Assembly (NCBI GenBank): GCA_964434535.1 | Contig: CAYSWA010000002.1 | Location: 78,184-142,183, forward strand | Reading direction: 5' to 3' | DNA: 64,000 nucleotides | DNA from: an uncultured candidatus Brocadiaceae bacterium | GTDB taxonomy: Bacteria > Planctomycetota > Brocadiia > SM23-32 | Shown here: positions 23,994-35,950 of the stretch, piece after piece | Position numbering within the stretch: position 1 is the first letter of the stretch | Layout: each line of letters opens with the position of its first letter | The notes under the pieces: generated by a model | Told to the model about the DNA's origin: nothing | The model's database searches: none | What the model saw: only the letters and a program-made list of their open reading frames with translations | Position numbers and translations under genes: made by a program

Positions 23994-25016
23994 ATGATCC
24001 GCGTGGGCATCATCGGACTCGGCGGCATGGGCACGATGCACTTCGGCTGCTACGAGCGCCTGCACGAGGCCGAGGTGGTGGCCATCGCCGACGTCGACGA
24101 GGAGAAGCTCCAGCCGGGCGAGAGGTCCCTGCAGATCAACGTCGGGGAGGGCGGCGCCACCGTCGACCCCGACCGCCACCGGCTCTATACCCACGCCGAC
24201 GAGCTGATCGCCGACGAGGGGGTGGACGTGGTGGACATCTGCCTGCCCACCTACCTGCACGCCGAGCACTGCCGCAAGGCGCTGGAGGCCGGCAAGCACG
24301 TGCTCTGCGAGAAGCCGATGGCGCTCACTCACCAGGAGTGCCGCGAGGTCCTCGATGCGGCCGCAGAGGCGCCGGGCAAGCTGATGATAGCGCACTGCGT
24401 CCGCTTCTTCCCCGCCTACGAGTACCTGAAGGAGGTGGTCGGCTCGAGCCGCTTCGGGCGGCTGCTCCATCTCTCGATGTGGCGGGGCGGCACGCCGCCG
24501 GGCTGGTCGTGGGACGGCTGGCTGCGCGACCATACCCGCAGCGGCGGCATGATCCTGGACCTGCATATCCACGACGCGGACTTCGTGCACTACCTGCTCG
24601 GCCGGCCGCGGGCCGTCTGCTCGCGCGGCGCGCCGGGCCCGAGCGGGGGATACGACGTGGTGGAGACGCAGTACTTCTTCGAGGACCGGGGCGCCGTGCG
24701 GGCCGGGGCCAACATGACGCTGCCCCACGGCTTCGGCTTCGAGGCGCACTTCATGGCCGCCTTCGAGCGCGGCTGCCTGCGCTTCAGCACCGCCGACCCC
24801 CACGGGCTGATGGAGATCACCGACCAGGGCCGCCGCCACCCCGACCTGCCCCACAAGGACGGCTACCAGGAGGAGATCGAGTACTTCCTGCACTGCGTGG
24901 CGAACGACGAGCTGCCGGCGGTCAGCATGCCGGAGTCGAGCGCCTTCTCGGTCCGCCTGATCGAGGCCGAGCGCGAGTCGGTCGAAACCGGCCGGGTGGC
25001 GCCGGTCGAGGGCTGA
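23994..25016 (+). CDS. Gfo/Idh/MocA-family NAD(P)-dependent oxidoreductase
   Basis: MIRVGIIGLGGMGTMH Rossmann N-terminus and VLCEKPMA motif. Confidence 0.88.
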   Translation: MIRVGIIGLGGMGTMHFGCYERLHEAEVVAIADVDEEKLQPGERSLQINVGEGGATVDPDRHRLYTHADELIADEGVDVVDICLPTYLHAEHCRKALEAGKHVLCEKPMALTHQECREVLDAAAEAPGKLMIAHCVRFFPAYEYLKEVVGSSRFGRLLHLSMWRGGTPPGWSWDGWLRDHTRSGGMILDLHIHDADFVHYLLGRPRAVCSRGAPGPSGGYDVVETQYFFEDRGAVRAGANMTLPHGFGFEAHFMAAFERGCLRFSTADPHGLMEITDQGRRHPDLPHKDGYQEEIEYFLHCVANDELPAVSMPESSAFSVRLIEAERESVETGRVAPVEG

Positions 25017-25049
25017 GAGCTCACGGCGCACGAGCAACGCGCCGGCCCC

Positions 25050-25078
25050 TTTCGGCATGGCCTCCCCTGTCGTATAAT
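25050..25078 (+). promoter_or_regulatory. putative promoter of the yebC-like gene
   Basis: TTTCGG-N17-TATAAT, 68 nt upstream of ATG 25146. Confidence 0.4.
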
Positions 25079-25145
25079 GCGGCCCCCGGGCCCGCGGCGG
25101 CCCACCCTCAAGCTCCCGTCAGCCACGCACACGCAGAGGATCGGC

Positions 25146-25898
25146 ATGGCCGGACATTCACACTGGGCCGGGATCAAGCACAAGAAGGCGAAGGAAGACG
25201 CCAGGCGGGGCAAGATCTTCGGGCGGATCTCCAAGCAGATCATGACCGCCGTGCGCATGGGCGGCAAGGACCCGGAGACGAACCTGGAGCTGCGCTACGC
25301 GCTGGAGGCGGCCAGGGCCGCCAACATGCCGAAGGACAACGTCGAGCGGGCCGTCCTCAAAGGCGCCGGCGAGCTGGAGGGACAGCAGCTCGAGGCCGTC
25401 CGCTACGAGGGCTACGGGCCCGGCGGGGCGGCCGTGATGGTGGACGCCCTGACCGACAACCGCAACCGTACCACGGCGCACGTGCGCAAGATCTTCGACG
25501 CCCACGGCGGCGGGCTCGCCGCCACCGGCTGCGTGGCCTGGAGCTTCGACGTGAAGGGCCTGATCATCGTCGAAGACGGCGAGCGGGACGAGGAGGGGCT
25601 CTTCGAGCTGGCCATCGAGGCGGGGGCCGAGGACTTCCAGAGGGACGGCGACGTCTACGAGATAAGCTGCGAGCCCAGGCAACTGGCCGCCACGCGCGAC
25701 GCCCTGCGCGAGGCCGGCGTGGAGCTTCAGTCCGCCGAGGTCACCATGGTGCCGAAGTCCTACGTGGACCTCGACGCCGAGGAAGGGCGCAAGGTGGTGA
25801 AGCTGATGGAGGAGATGGAGGAGGACGAGGACGTCGTCAACGTCTACTCCAACTTCAACCTGCCGCCGGAGCTGATGGCGGAGCTGGAGGGGCAGTAG
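25146..25898 (+). CDS. YebC/PmpR-family DNA-binding transcriptional regulator
   Basis: MAGHSHWAGIKHKKAKEDARRGKIF... is the canonical YebC N-terminus. Part of ORF 25077..25898. Confidence 0.92.
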   Translation: MAGHSHWAGIKHKKAKEDARRGKIFGRISKQIMTAVRMGGKDPETNLELRYALEAARAANMPKDNVERAVLKGAGELEGQQLEAVRYEGYGPGGAAVMVDALTDNRNRTTAHVRKIFDAHGGGLAATGCVAWSFDVKGLIIVEDGERDEEGLFELAIEAGAEDFQRDGDVYEISCEPRQLAATRDALREAGVELQSAEVTMVPKSYVDLDAEEGRKVVKLMEEMEEDEDVVNVYSNFNLPPELMAELEGQ

Positions 25899-25913
25899 GC
25901 CCGGCCGGCCGGC

Positions 25914-26306
25914 TCAGCGTTTGCTGTACTGGGGCGAGCGCCGGGCGCCGCGCTTGCCGTATTTCTTTCGCTCGACCATGCGGGGGTCGCGCCTCAGGCA
26001 GCCGGCCTCCTTCAGCGGCGGTCGCAGCGAGGCGTCGCTCTCGACCAGGGCGCGGGCCAGGCCCATGCGGAGGGCCTCCGCCTGGCCGGTGATGCCCCCG
26101 CCGCGGGCGCGCACGAAGATGTCGTAGCGGCCCTGGTTGTGGGTGACGCGCAGGGGCTCGCGGACGGCCTGCTGATGGTCGATGCGGGGGAAGTAGTCCT
26201 CCATGTCCTGGCCGTTTACCTTGATGGCCCCCGTGCCGGGCCGGATGCGGACGCTGGCCACGGCGGTCTTGCGGCGGCCCGTCCCCCAGTCGTAGTCATC
26301 GGCCAT
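25914..26306 (-). CDS. rpsI: 30S ribosomal protein S9
   Basis: GTGRRKTAVA, GGGITGQAEA, and C-terminal RRDPRMVERKKYGKRGARRSPQYSKR. Confidence 0.96.
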   Translation of the reverse strand: MADDYDWGTGRRKTAVASVRIRPGTGAIKVNGQDMEDYFPRIDHQQAVREPLRVTHNQGRYDIFVRARGGGITGQAEALRMGLARALVESDASLRPPLKEAGCLRRDPRMVERKKYGKRGARRSPQYSKR

Positions 26307-26311
26307 GCTTC

Positions 26312-26746
26312 TCAGACCTCCAGCTTCTCAGGCTTATGGTAGGTGTGCGGGTGCTCGGGGCCGGCGTAGACCTTGAGCTTCTTCAGCATACGGGCGCCGA
26401 GCTTCGTCTTGGGCAGCATGCGGCGCACGGCCTCCTCGACGAGGCGCTCGGGATGCTTCTGGAGGATCTGCTCGGCGGTGGCCACCTTGTGCCCGCCGGG
26501 ATAGCCGCTGTAGCGCTCGTGGGTCATGGTGCGGCGCTTGCGCCCGGTCAGGCGCACCTTCTCGGCGTTGGTCACCACGACGTAGGCCCCCGTGTCCACG
26601 TGGGGGGTGTAGTCGGGGCGGTCCTTGCCCATCAGCGCGGTGGCCACGCGGGTTGCCAGCCGGCCGAGCACCTGGCCGCTGGCGTCGACGTGGCACCAGC
26701 GCCGGCTGTCCCGGTAGTCCTCTTGTCGTGCAAAGGGGGTACTCAT
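26312..26746 (-). CDS. rplM: 50S ribosomal protein L13
   Basis: W..VDA.GQVLGRLAT.VA..L.GK, VVVTNAEKV.LTG.K, and MLPK..LG..M.KKLKVY. Confidence 0.96.
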   Translation of the reverse strand: MSTPFARQEDYRDSRRWCHVDASGQVLGRLATRVATALMGKDRPDYTPHVDTGAYVVVTNAEKVRLTGRKRRTMTHERYSGYPGGHKVATAEQILQKHPERLVEEAVRRMLPKTKLGARMLKKLKVYAGPEHPHTYHKPEKLEV

Positions 26747-26811
26747 CGGACGGAGTTCCCAGACGGGGAAAGCGCGGAAGAACCCCTTGCCCTACGGAGG
26801 GCGGAATGCGT

Positions 26812-26840
26812 AGTATAGGGCACAGCGCCCGCCGTGTCAA
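26812..26840 (-). promoter_or_regulatory. putative promoter of rplM-rpsI
   Basis: Minus strand reads TTGACA-N17-TATACT, about 65 nt upstream of the rplM ATG. Confidence 0.6.
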
Positions 26841-26856
26841 AAGCATTCAGCCGGAG

Positions 26857-27075
26857 ATGTCTCCGATGCCGCCCACAGTACAGCGGGAGACGGCCTACTG
26901 CCCGAAGTGCAAGGAGACGTTCCTCAGCTACAACCTGGCCAGATCCACCTGCCCCCGCTGCGGGCGACGCTGCTACTCGCTGGCCAGCCGGCGCCTGCTG
27001 CGCAAGCTGGCGCTGGTGCTCTTGCTTGCGCTCGTCGTGGGCGGCGCCGCCGCTGCCTTCCTCTACCTGCGCTGA
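26857..27075 (+). CDS. small zinc-ribbon protein with C-terminal TM helix
   Basis: MSPMPPTVQRETAYCPKCKETF...CPRCGRRC followed by LALVLLLALVVGGAAAAFLYL. Part of ORF 26653..27075; the start is uncertain (26806 or 26857). Confidence 0.5.
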   Translation: MSPMPPTVQRETAYCPKCKETFLSYNLARSTCPRCGRRCYSLASRRLLRKLALVLLLALVVGGAAAAFLYLR

Positions 27076-27083
27076 GCGGCGTC

Positions 27084-27569
27084 TCAGACCTCGACCGCCC
27101 CCACGCCCATCAGCCCGTAGACGAGCGCTATCGGCAGCATGGCCAGCACGCCGAAGACCGTCCACTTCGCCCCGTCGAACTCCGCCAGGCCGTCCTGCGG
27201 AAGGCAGAGGTAGCCCGACATCATCCAGACAACCGCCGACCAGTAGCAGAGCAGCCCGAACCCGGCGATCATGAAGCCGGCGATGGCCGCACCCATCGCC
27301 AACACGAAGAGCCCCATCAGCACTATGCCCACCCCCGCCGCCGTGGCCAGGATCGACATCACGATCACCACGGCGCTGACGAAGCCGGGGAACAGCTCCA
27401 GGAACCAGATCAGCGCCCGCAGCGGGCGCGAGAGCTCCTCTTCCTCCACAATCGGCTCGCGCCGCGCCTGCGGCACGCCCGGCACGCCGAGCCGCGAGCC
27501 GCACGCCGTGCAGAAACGCTGGCCCGGCGAGACCGGGCCCCCGCAGGCCGCACACCTCTTCGTCCCCAT
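27084..27569 (-). CDS. zinc-ribbon domain membrane protein
   Basis: MGTKRCAACGGPVSPGQRFCTACGSRL followed by four hydrophobic helices. The ORF track start at 27596 is also possible. Confidence 0.65.
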   Translation of the reverse strand: MGTKRCAACGGPVSPGQRFCTACGSRLGVPGVPQARREPIVEEEELSRPLRALIWFLELFPGFVSAVVIVMSILATAAGVGIVLMGLFVLAMGAAIAGFMIAGFGLLCYWSAVVWMMSGYLCLPQDGLAEFDGAKWTVFGVLAMLPIALVYGLMGVGAVEV

Positions 27570-27720
27570 GGCAACGTCTCCTTCCGGGCCGGGCATATCC
27601 TAACCGCACCGGCCTGCCCTGCCAAGCCGCGCCCGGCGGGGCCCGCAGGGACGCGCTCCCTCCGGGCCAGAGGGCCCTCGGGGCCGGTGGCCGTCGCGTC
27701 CGGTCAGGCCTCCCACGGAT

Positions 27721-27749
27721 TGACAAGCCGCGGGGGCCGGCTTATCCTT
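27721..27749 (+). promoter_or_regulatory. putative promoter of mutS
   Basis: TTGACA-N17-TATCCT, 44 nt upstream of ATG 27793. Confidence 0.5.
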
Positions 27750-27792
27750 GAGCACCGGCCCAGGCGCCCCCCTGCGATCCCCCGGAGAACCG

Positions 27793-30402
<2,610 letters not shown>

Positions 30403-30484
30403 CGGGCAGGGACAGGTTCGCCAGGATGGGGGCGAACGAGGCAGGCGGGGCCGGCTGAGCGTCGGGCGCGCAGATGGCGTCCGC

Positions 30485-31552
30485 TCAGCCCAGCAGGCGG
30501 GCGAGCAGCTCGGCGCGACGGCGAGCGCGGCCCTGCTCGGCGCGCAGGGCCCCGACCATGCGCTCGGCCATGCGGCGGAAGCCGGCCGCGGGGTCGCCCT
30601 CGAGTTCCTGGAAGAACGGCGCGTTCGCCGTCTCGACCGTCTCGATCCAGTCGGCACGGATGGCCGAGGCGCCGCCCAGGGCGCCGGTGATGCTGCCGAT
30701 CAGGTTGGCCGTGGTGTCGCAGTCCCGCCCGAAGCTCGCCGCCTCGACCATGCAGCGCTCGGGGTCGGGGCCGCAGAGCCGCAGCAGCGCCATCACGATG
30801 GTGACGATCTCGAGGCTGCTGGCGCTGAAGAACCGCTCCTTGTCCCACGAACGGCTCGGCCAGGTCCAGTCGAGCATGGTGGCGTAGTAGCGCTGGGCGA
30901 AGTCGTCCACGCCCTGCGACTGCTCCACCAGGTCCATCGTCAGCTCGATGCCGCGCCGCAGCACGTAGGTGCAGTGCCCCCTCATCGCGTCCAGGACGCC
31001 TTCGACGGTGGCCCCGGGGCAGAAGGCGGCGGCCACGCCGGCGGCGACGGTGCCGGCCGCGTCGCGGTCGAGGCCGTCCTGATTCAGGGCGGCGATGTCG
31101 CGCCCGTCCTGGAATGCCTGGTCGGGGTCGGCGGCGTTGATGATGCCGACCGGGGCGATGCCCATCACGGAGCAGCCGGCCGGCGGCTGGCCGCGTCCGG
31201 CCTCATAGGGGCTCATGCCCGTGCGCAGCTTCTGCAGCACGATGCGCTCGTTGACCCAGAGCCGGTCGGGGTTCATCCTTTCCAGCAGGACCCGGGCCAG
31301 CTCGTCCGGAGTGATGCGGCCGCCTTTCTCCACGATGGCCAGGCAGAGGTAGTGGCGGTAGACGGTGTCGTCGGTGACGGTGCCCGGGCGGCCGTCCGAG
31401 TAGCCGGTCTGGAAGGGCATGAACTCGGTGACCTTGCCGTGCTCGCGGCGGATGTCGGTCCAGTACCAGCCCTCGACGGGCGCGCCGAGGGCATCGCCGA
31501 TGGCCCCGCCGATCAAGCAGCCGTAGACTGCGTCGAAGAGTCCGGCCGTCAC
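30485..31552 (-). CDS. ADP-ribosylglycohydrolase-family protein
   Basis: N-terminus GCLIGGAIGDALGAPVEG and C-terminal DCDTTANLIGSITGA are hallmarks of the family. Confidence 0.85.
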   Translation of the reverse strand: MTAGLFDAVYGCLIGGAIGDALGAPVEGWYWTDIRREHGKVTEFMPFQTGYSDGRPGTVTDDTVYRHYLCLAIVEKGGRITPDELARVLLERMNPDRLWVNERIVLQKLRTGMSPYEAGRGQPPAGCSVMGIAPVGIINAADPDQAFQDGRDIAALNQDGLDRDAAGTVAAGVAAAFCPGATVEGVLDAMRGHCTYVLRRGIELTMDLVEQSQGVDDFAQRYYATMLDWTWPSRSWDKERFFSASSLEIVTIVMALLRLCGPDPERCMVEAASFGRDCDTTANLIGSITGALGGASAIRADWIETVETANAPFFQELEGDPAAGFRRMAERMVGALRAEQGRARRRAELLARLLG

Positions 31553-31584
31553 GTCCCGCTCCTCCCGTTATCGTCCGGCGGCGA

Positions 31585-31614
31585 TTGACAGGCCCATCGC
31601 ACGGGCTATATCAT
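31585..31614 (+). promoter_or_regulatory. putative promoter of the STAS-RR-EBP operon
   Basis: TTGACA followed by TATATC (N16) or TATCAT (N18). Confidence 0.5.
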
Positions 31615-31637
31615 ACGGCCCGGTCAAGTGTTGGGAT

Positions 31638-32018
31638 ATGATGGCGGCTCGGGAGGCGAGCAGTGCGATGATCGGCAACACCCGACAGGTAGACGGCGTG
31701 ACGGTGGTAGAGATCGAAGGCCGCTTCGACGCCGTCTCGGCCCCCCCGATCAAAGCGGAGCTGCACAGGCTGATCGACGCCGGCAGCATCAGGCTGGTGC
31801 TGAACCTGGCGCAGATGGACTTCATCGACAGCGCCGGGCTCGGCGTGCTGGTCAGTTGCCTGCGGCGCACGGCCGCCCAGGGGGGCGACCTGCGCCTGGC
31901 GGAGGTGCCGCCCTTCTGCCGCTCCATATTCGAGCTGACGCGTCTGACGCGCGTCTTCAACGTGACCGAGTCGGCCGAGCACGCCATCGGGGCCCTCGCC
32001 GGGCAAGCCGGGGACTGA
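31638..32018 (+). CDS. STAS-domain protein (anti-sigma-factor antagonist, SpoIIAA/RsbV-like)
   Basis: VVEIEGRFDAVSAP.....L......LVLNLAQMDFIDSAGLGVLV fits the STAS pattern. An alternative start at 31668 (MIGNTRQ) follows GGGAGG. Confidence 0.85.
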   Translation: MMAAREASSAMIGNTRQVDGVTVVEIEGRFDAVSAPPIKAELHRLIDAGSIRLVLNLAQMDFIDSAGLGVLVSCLRRTAAQGGDLRLAEVPPFCRSIFELTRLTRVFNVTESAEHAIGALAGQAGD

Positions 32019-32052
32019 GGCGGGCCGCCGGCGGGGGTAGCCCGGGCCAGGC

Positions 32053-32442
32053 ATGGCGGACGCCAGCACAATCCTGATCGTCGACGACGAGCCGCACATC
32101 CTGCGTTCGCTCGGGTTCGTCCTCGCCAGGGCCGGCTACCGGGTGCTCAGCGCCCGCAACGGGGGCGAAGCGCTCGAGGCGATCCGGCAGGGGCCGCCGG
32201 ATCTGGTGTTCCTGGACATTATGATCCCGGAGCCCGACGGCTACGAGGTCTGCCGGGGCATCCGATCTGATCCCGAGCTGGCCGGGGTCTACGTCATCAT
32301 GCTGACGGCGAAGGGCCAGGAAGCCGACCGCCGGCGCGGCGTCGAGGCGGGCGGGGACGAGTACATGACCAAGCCCTTCAGCCCCAGCGACGCCCTCGCC
32401 CGCGTGCGCCGGGCGCTGGGAGACTCGACACAGGAGCCCTGA
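32053..32442 (+). CDS. stand-alone response regulator receiver protein (canonical)
   Basis: ILIVDDE, LVFLDIMIPEPDG, IMLTAKG and YMTKPF: all conserved receiver residues are present. Confidence 0.92.
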   Translation: MADASTILIVDDEPHILRSLGFVLARAGYRVLSARNGGEALEAIRQGPPDLVFLDIMIPEPDGYEVCRGIRSDPELAGVYVIMLTAKGQEADRRRGVEAGGDEYMTKPFSPSDALARVRRALGDSTQEP

Positions 32443-32449
32443 GGCACAG

Positions 32450-33871
32450 GTGGCGGACGAACTGCTCATCTACGCGGTCGGTGACGAGTCGGTCGCCGAG
32501 CTGGTGCCCGACGAGCTGGACGGCCGCAGAGTGGAGGTCGTCCAGTGCAAGCCCGGCAAGGCGCTGCTCCAGGAGCTGACCAGGAACGTGCCCGACGTGA
32601 TGCTGATGGACGGCGCGCACGCCATCGACAAGACCCAGAGCCTGGACCACGTGCGCGGCCAGTACCAGGACCTGCCGATCATCCTGGTCGGCAAGAAGCC
32701 CGAGACCCGCGCCGTCGTGGAGTGCATGAGGAAGGGGGCGGAGGACTTCGTGGACCTGGCCAGGGACGCCGAGGACCTGCCCGCGCGGCTGCTGGAGGCC
32801 ACCGAGAAGCACCGCCTCGCCGTCCAGGTCAAGCAGCTCGGCGAGGTCTACGAGCGCGGCGGGCGCCTGGGAGAGCTGGTCGGCATCAGCCCGGTGATGC
32901 ACGACATCTACGCGACCATCAAGAGCATCTGCAGCACCGGCGCGACGGTGCTGGTCTGGGGCGAGAGCGGCACGGGCAAGGAGCTGGTCGCCCACGCCAT
33001 CCACACCTTGAGCCCGCGCAGCGACGGCGCCTTCGTGGCGGTCAACTGCGCCGCCATACCCAAAGACCTGCTGGAGAGCGAGCTGTTCGGCCACGAGAAG
33101 GGCGCCTTCACCAGCGCCGAACGCCAGCACATCGGAAGCTGCGAACGGGCCCACAAGGGGACGCTTTTCCTGGACGAGATCAGCGAGATGGACATGGGCT
33201 TGCAGTCGAAGGTGCTGCGCTTCCTGCAGAACCAGACCTTCACCCGCGTGGGCGGCACCGAGGCGATCGAGGTGGACAGCCGCGTCATCGCCGCCACCAA
33301 CAAGGACCCCCACGAGGAGGTGGAGACGGGCAACCTGCGCGACGACCTCTACTACCGGCTCAACGTGGTGCCCATCTACATCCCCCCCCTGCGCGAGCGG
33401 CCGGAGGACATACCCGTGCTGGCGCAGCACTTCCTGGCCATAATGGGCGAGAAGTACTCGAAGTACTTCTGGGACTTCTCGCCGGAGGCCGTGCGCCTGC
33501 TGCTCTGCTACGGATGGCCGGGCAACGTGCGGGAGCTGCGCAACACGATCGAGCGCATCGTCGTGCTGGCCAACACCGACCGGGTGACCCCCGAGCTGTT
33601 CCCCGAGCGGATCCGCAAGGCGGCCTCCAAGGGCAAAGTGCCGAAGCTCGACGTGGAGCGCGCCCGCGAGTGCCTCCAGGAGGCCCTCCAGGCCGCCCCG
33701 CTGGAGCTGGAGGAGAGCGACGAGGTGCTGCCCTTCGTTGAGGTGGAGCGGCGCGCCATCCTCGGCGCCATCGAGAAGTGCGACGGCGACATCAGCAAGG
33801 CCTCGCGCAAGCTCGGCCTATCCCGCGCCACCCTCTACCGCAAGCTGGACAAGTACGGCGTCAAGCGGTAG
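32450..33871 (+). CDS. sigma-54-dependent Fis-family transcriptional activator with atypical receiver-like N-terminal domain
   Basis: GTG start. AAA+ core GESGTGKELVAHAIH, GAFTSA (variant of GAFTGA), LFLDEI, RVIAATN and LYYRLNV. C-terminal Fis HTH ASRKLGLSRATLYRKL. Confidence 0.9.
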   Translation: MADELLIYAVGDESVAELVPDELDGRRVEVVQCKPGKALLQELTRNVPDVMLMDGAHAIDKTQSLDHVRGQYQDLPIILVGKKPETRAVVECMRKGAEDFVDLARDAEDLPARLLEATEKHRLAVQVKQLGEVYERGGRLGELVGISPVMHDIYATIKSICSTGATVLVWGESGTGKELVAHAIHTLSPRSDGAFVAVNCAAIPKDLLESELFGHEKGAFTSAERQHIGSCERAHKGTLFLDEISEMDMGLQSKVLRFLQNQTFTRVGGTEAIEVDSRVIAATNKDPHEEVETGNLRDDLYYRLNVVPIYIPPLRERPEDIPVLAQHFLAIMGEKYSKYFWDFSPEAVRLLLCYGWPGNVRELRNTIERIVVLANTDRVTPELFPERIRKAASKGKVPKLDVERARECLQEALQAAPLELEESDEVLPFVEVERRAILGAIEKCDGDISKASRKLGLSRATLYRKLDKYGVKR

Positions 33872-33880
33872 GGCGCCCCC

Positions 33881-35020
33881 TCAAGGGCGGGCCCGGCCCG
33901 AGGCCATCTCCCGCAGGATGCCGACGCCCTCCTGGATCTGGGCCTCGTCGGCGGCGAAGGAGATGCGGAAGTGGCTCTTGCGCTCGCTGAAGACGCTGCC
34001 GGGGATGATCAGCAGCGCCCGACGGATCGCCTCGCGGCAGAAGGCGTCGCCGTCGCCGCCCGGCGCCTCCACGAAGGCGTAGAAGGCGCCCTGCGGCTTC
34101 TGAAGGCTGTAGAGGTCACGCAGGCCGCCATACAGGATGTCGCGCTTGGCCTTGTAGGCGCGCATGTGGTCGCCGACGGGCACGTTCAGCGCCGTCAGCC
34201 CCGCGTACTGGGCGATGGAGGGCGCGCAGACGAAGCTGAACTGCTGGAGCTTCTCCATCTCCTCGATGATCGGCTCCGGCCCGATCGCGTAGCCGAGCCG
34301 CCAGCCGGTCATCGCCGCCGACTTGCTGAACCCGTTCAGCAGCAGCACCTCCTCGCTGTAGCGGGCGGCGCTCTGGAAGCGCTCCTCGTAGCAGAAGGCG
34401 CGGTAGATCTCGTCGCTGATCAGGAACACCTCGCTCTCGCGCGCCCACTCGGCGATGCGCCGCAGCTCCTCGGGGGGGATGATCTGCCCGGTCGGGTTGC
34501 TCGGGCTGTTGAGCATCAGCAGCTTCGCCTCGGCGGCGCCGGCCTCCTCCAGCCGCTCCACGGTGAGCTGAAAGTCCGGGTAGGTGTCCACGTAGAGCGG
34601 CACCCCGCCCATCAGGCGGCAGAGGTGCTTGTACATCACGAAGTAGGGGTCGGGGATGGCGACCTTGTCGCCCGGGTCGACCAGGGCCATGAAGGCCAGG
34701 ACCATGCCGCCGGAGACGCCGCTTGTGATCAGGACCGCATCGTGGGCGATGCCGCTGGCCAGCTTCTCGGCCCTCAGCACGGCCTGGCGCAGCTCGGGGA
34801 TGCCCTGGGTGAGGGTGTACCTGTTGCGCCCGGTCTCGATGGCGTGGATGGCGGCGGCCTTGATCGGCTCGGGCACGTCGAAGTCGGGCTGCCCGATGCT
34901 CAGGTTGACCGGGTCCCTGAGGCTGCGGGCCAGGTCGAAGACCTTGCGGATGCCCGAGGAGTCGATCATGCCCGTGCGCCGGGCGATCAGCCGCGTTGGG
35001 TCCACCGGTCCCCTCCTCAT
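33881..35020 (-). CDS. class I/II pyridoxal-phosphate-dependent aminotransferase (aspartate aminotransferase-like)
   Basis: SGIRKVFDLA, NLSIGQPDF, NSPSNPTG and FSKSAAMTGWRLGY (PLP lysine). Confidence 0.9.
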   Translation of the reverse strand: MRRGPVDPTRLIARRTGMIDSSGIRKVFDLARSLRDPVNLSIGQPDFDVPEPIKAAAIHAIETGRNRYTLTQGIPELRQAVLRAEKLASGIAHDAVLITSGVSGGMVLAFMALVDPGDKVAIPDPYFVMYKHLCRLMGGVPLYVDTYPDFQLTVERLEEAGAAEAKLLMLNSPSNPTGQIIPPEELRRIAEWARESEVFLISDEIYRAFCYEERFQSAARYSEEVLLLNGFSKSAAMTGWRLGYAIGPEPIIEEMEKLQQFSFVCAPSIAQYAGLTALNVPVGDHMRAYKAKRDILYGGLRDLYSLQKPQGAFYAFVEAPGGDGDAFCREAIRRALLIIPGSVFSERKSHFRISFAADEAQIQEGVGILREMASGRARP

Positions 35021-35044
35021 GTTGCCGCCCCGGGCAGCGCGTGA

Positions 35045-35311
35045 CTACTGCTCGGAGGCTGCCTCTTCGCCGGCCTCGCCTTCCACCGCACCCTCGAGGC
35101 CCTCGGGAACCTCGGCTTCCTCCTCCTCCCGCCGCCGGGCGCGGGGGGCGGTGACCACCTGCGTCTTGATCTTGGGCAGGCCGAAGACGGACATCTCCTC
35201 AGGGTCCCACTCCTCCTCGGCCTTCAGGCGCTCGATACGCTCCGAGCGCGACAGGACGTTGCGCCGCCTCTGCAGCTCGTCCTTCCGTCGCAGGCTCTTG
35301 TGCAGCGACAT
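35045..35311 (-). CDS. 'small basic protein' family (PVC-group) protein
   Basis: MSLHKSLRRKDELQRRRNVLSRSERIERLKAEEEW...VFGLPKIK matches my memory of the TIGR04137-type small basic protein. Acidic tail. Confidence 0.75.
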   Translation of the reverse strand: MSLHKSLRRKDELQRRRNVLSRSERIERLKAEEEWDPEEMSVFGLPKIKTQVVTAPRARRREEEEAEVPEGLEGAVEGEAGEEAASEQ

Positions 35312-35359
35312 AAAGCTACTCTCCTCCTTGGGCTGCGATGAACGCGGCCGGGCGGGGCC

Positions 35360-35761
35360 TCAATCGGTAAAAGGCAGCACTGCCGCGTCCTGAAAGAGCG
35401 CGCGCCCGCCCTCCCGATACTCGCGGAAGCTCCGGGCCAGCCGGCGCAGCTCGGGCGAGGCGGCCTCCTCGAACCGGCCGCAGCAGAGGGCCAGGCGGCC
35501 GTCCGGGAACTCCAGCAGCCGGAACTCGTGCCCGCCGCTGAGCCGCAGGATCCGTTCCTGGGCCACCAGTTGCTCGGCCGCCGCCCGCTTCGCGGGGGAG
35601 GAGTCGAACTCCATCAGCCTGACCGTGTAACGGATGCGGGAGGCGCTCGCCGCCAGCTCGGGGCCGGGCGCCGGCTCGCCGACTACGTTGGTCAGCAGCA
35701 GCCAGGCTCCCATGCAGCCGATCAGGGCGACCAGCACGGCGAAGATCCTGGTGCGGGCCAT
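35360..35761 (-). CDS. membrane-anchored hypothetical protein (possibly SPOR-like)
   Basis: Start placed at MARTRIFAVLVALIGCMGAWLLL (signal anchor) within ORF 35360..36124. No confident family assignment. Confidence 0.6.
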   Translation of the reverse strand: MARTRIFAVLVALIGCMGAWLLLTNVVGEPAPGPELAASASRIRYTVRLMEFDSSPAKRAAAEQLVAQERILRLSGGHEFRLLEFPDGRLALCCGRFEEAASPELRRLARSFREYREGGRALFQDAAVLPFTD

Positions 35762-35950
35762 CGCATCATCGACCCCGTCGGCACCCAGACCCCAGCCGAC
35801 GTCGCGGCCTTCTGTGCTGTTTCGGCTTCTGTCTTTCGCCCCCGCTCGGGCGCCTCGCGAGCGGTCTGCACGTACAGGCATTTCCGGTGACCCCTGGGCC
35901 GCTCCCCCCGGACGGCGTGGATTCAAAGAGCTTCCCCAACCCGAGCGGGC

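Noticed and set aside
30485-31552. ADP-ribosylglycohydrolase next to mutS as a DarG-like antitoxin or anti-defence module.
   Set aside because: It is a 355-aa DraG/ARH-type enzyme, not a macrodomain. It is convergent with mutS, and there is no adjacent toxin-like or ART-like gene.
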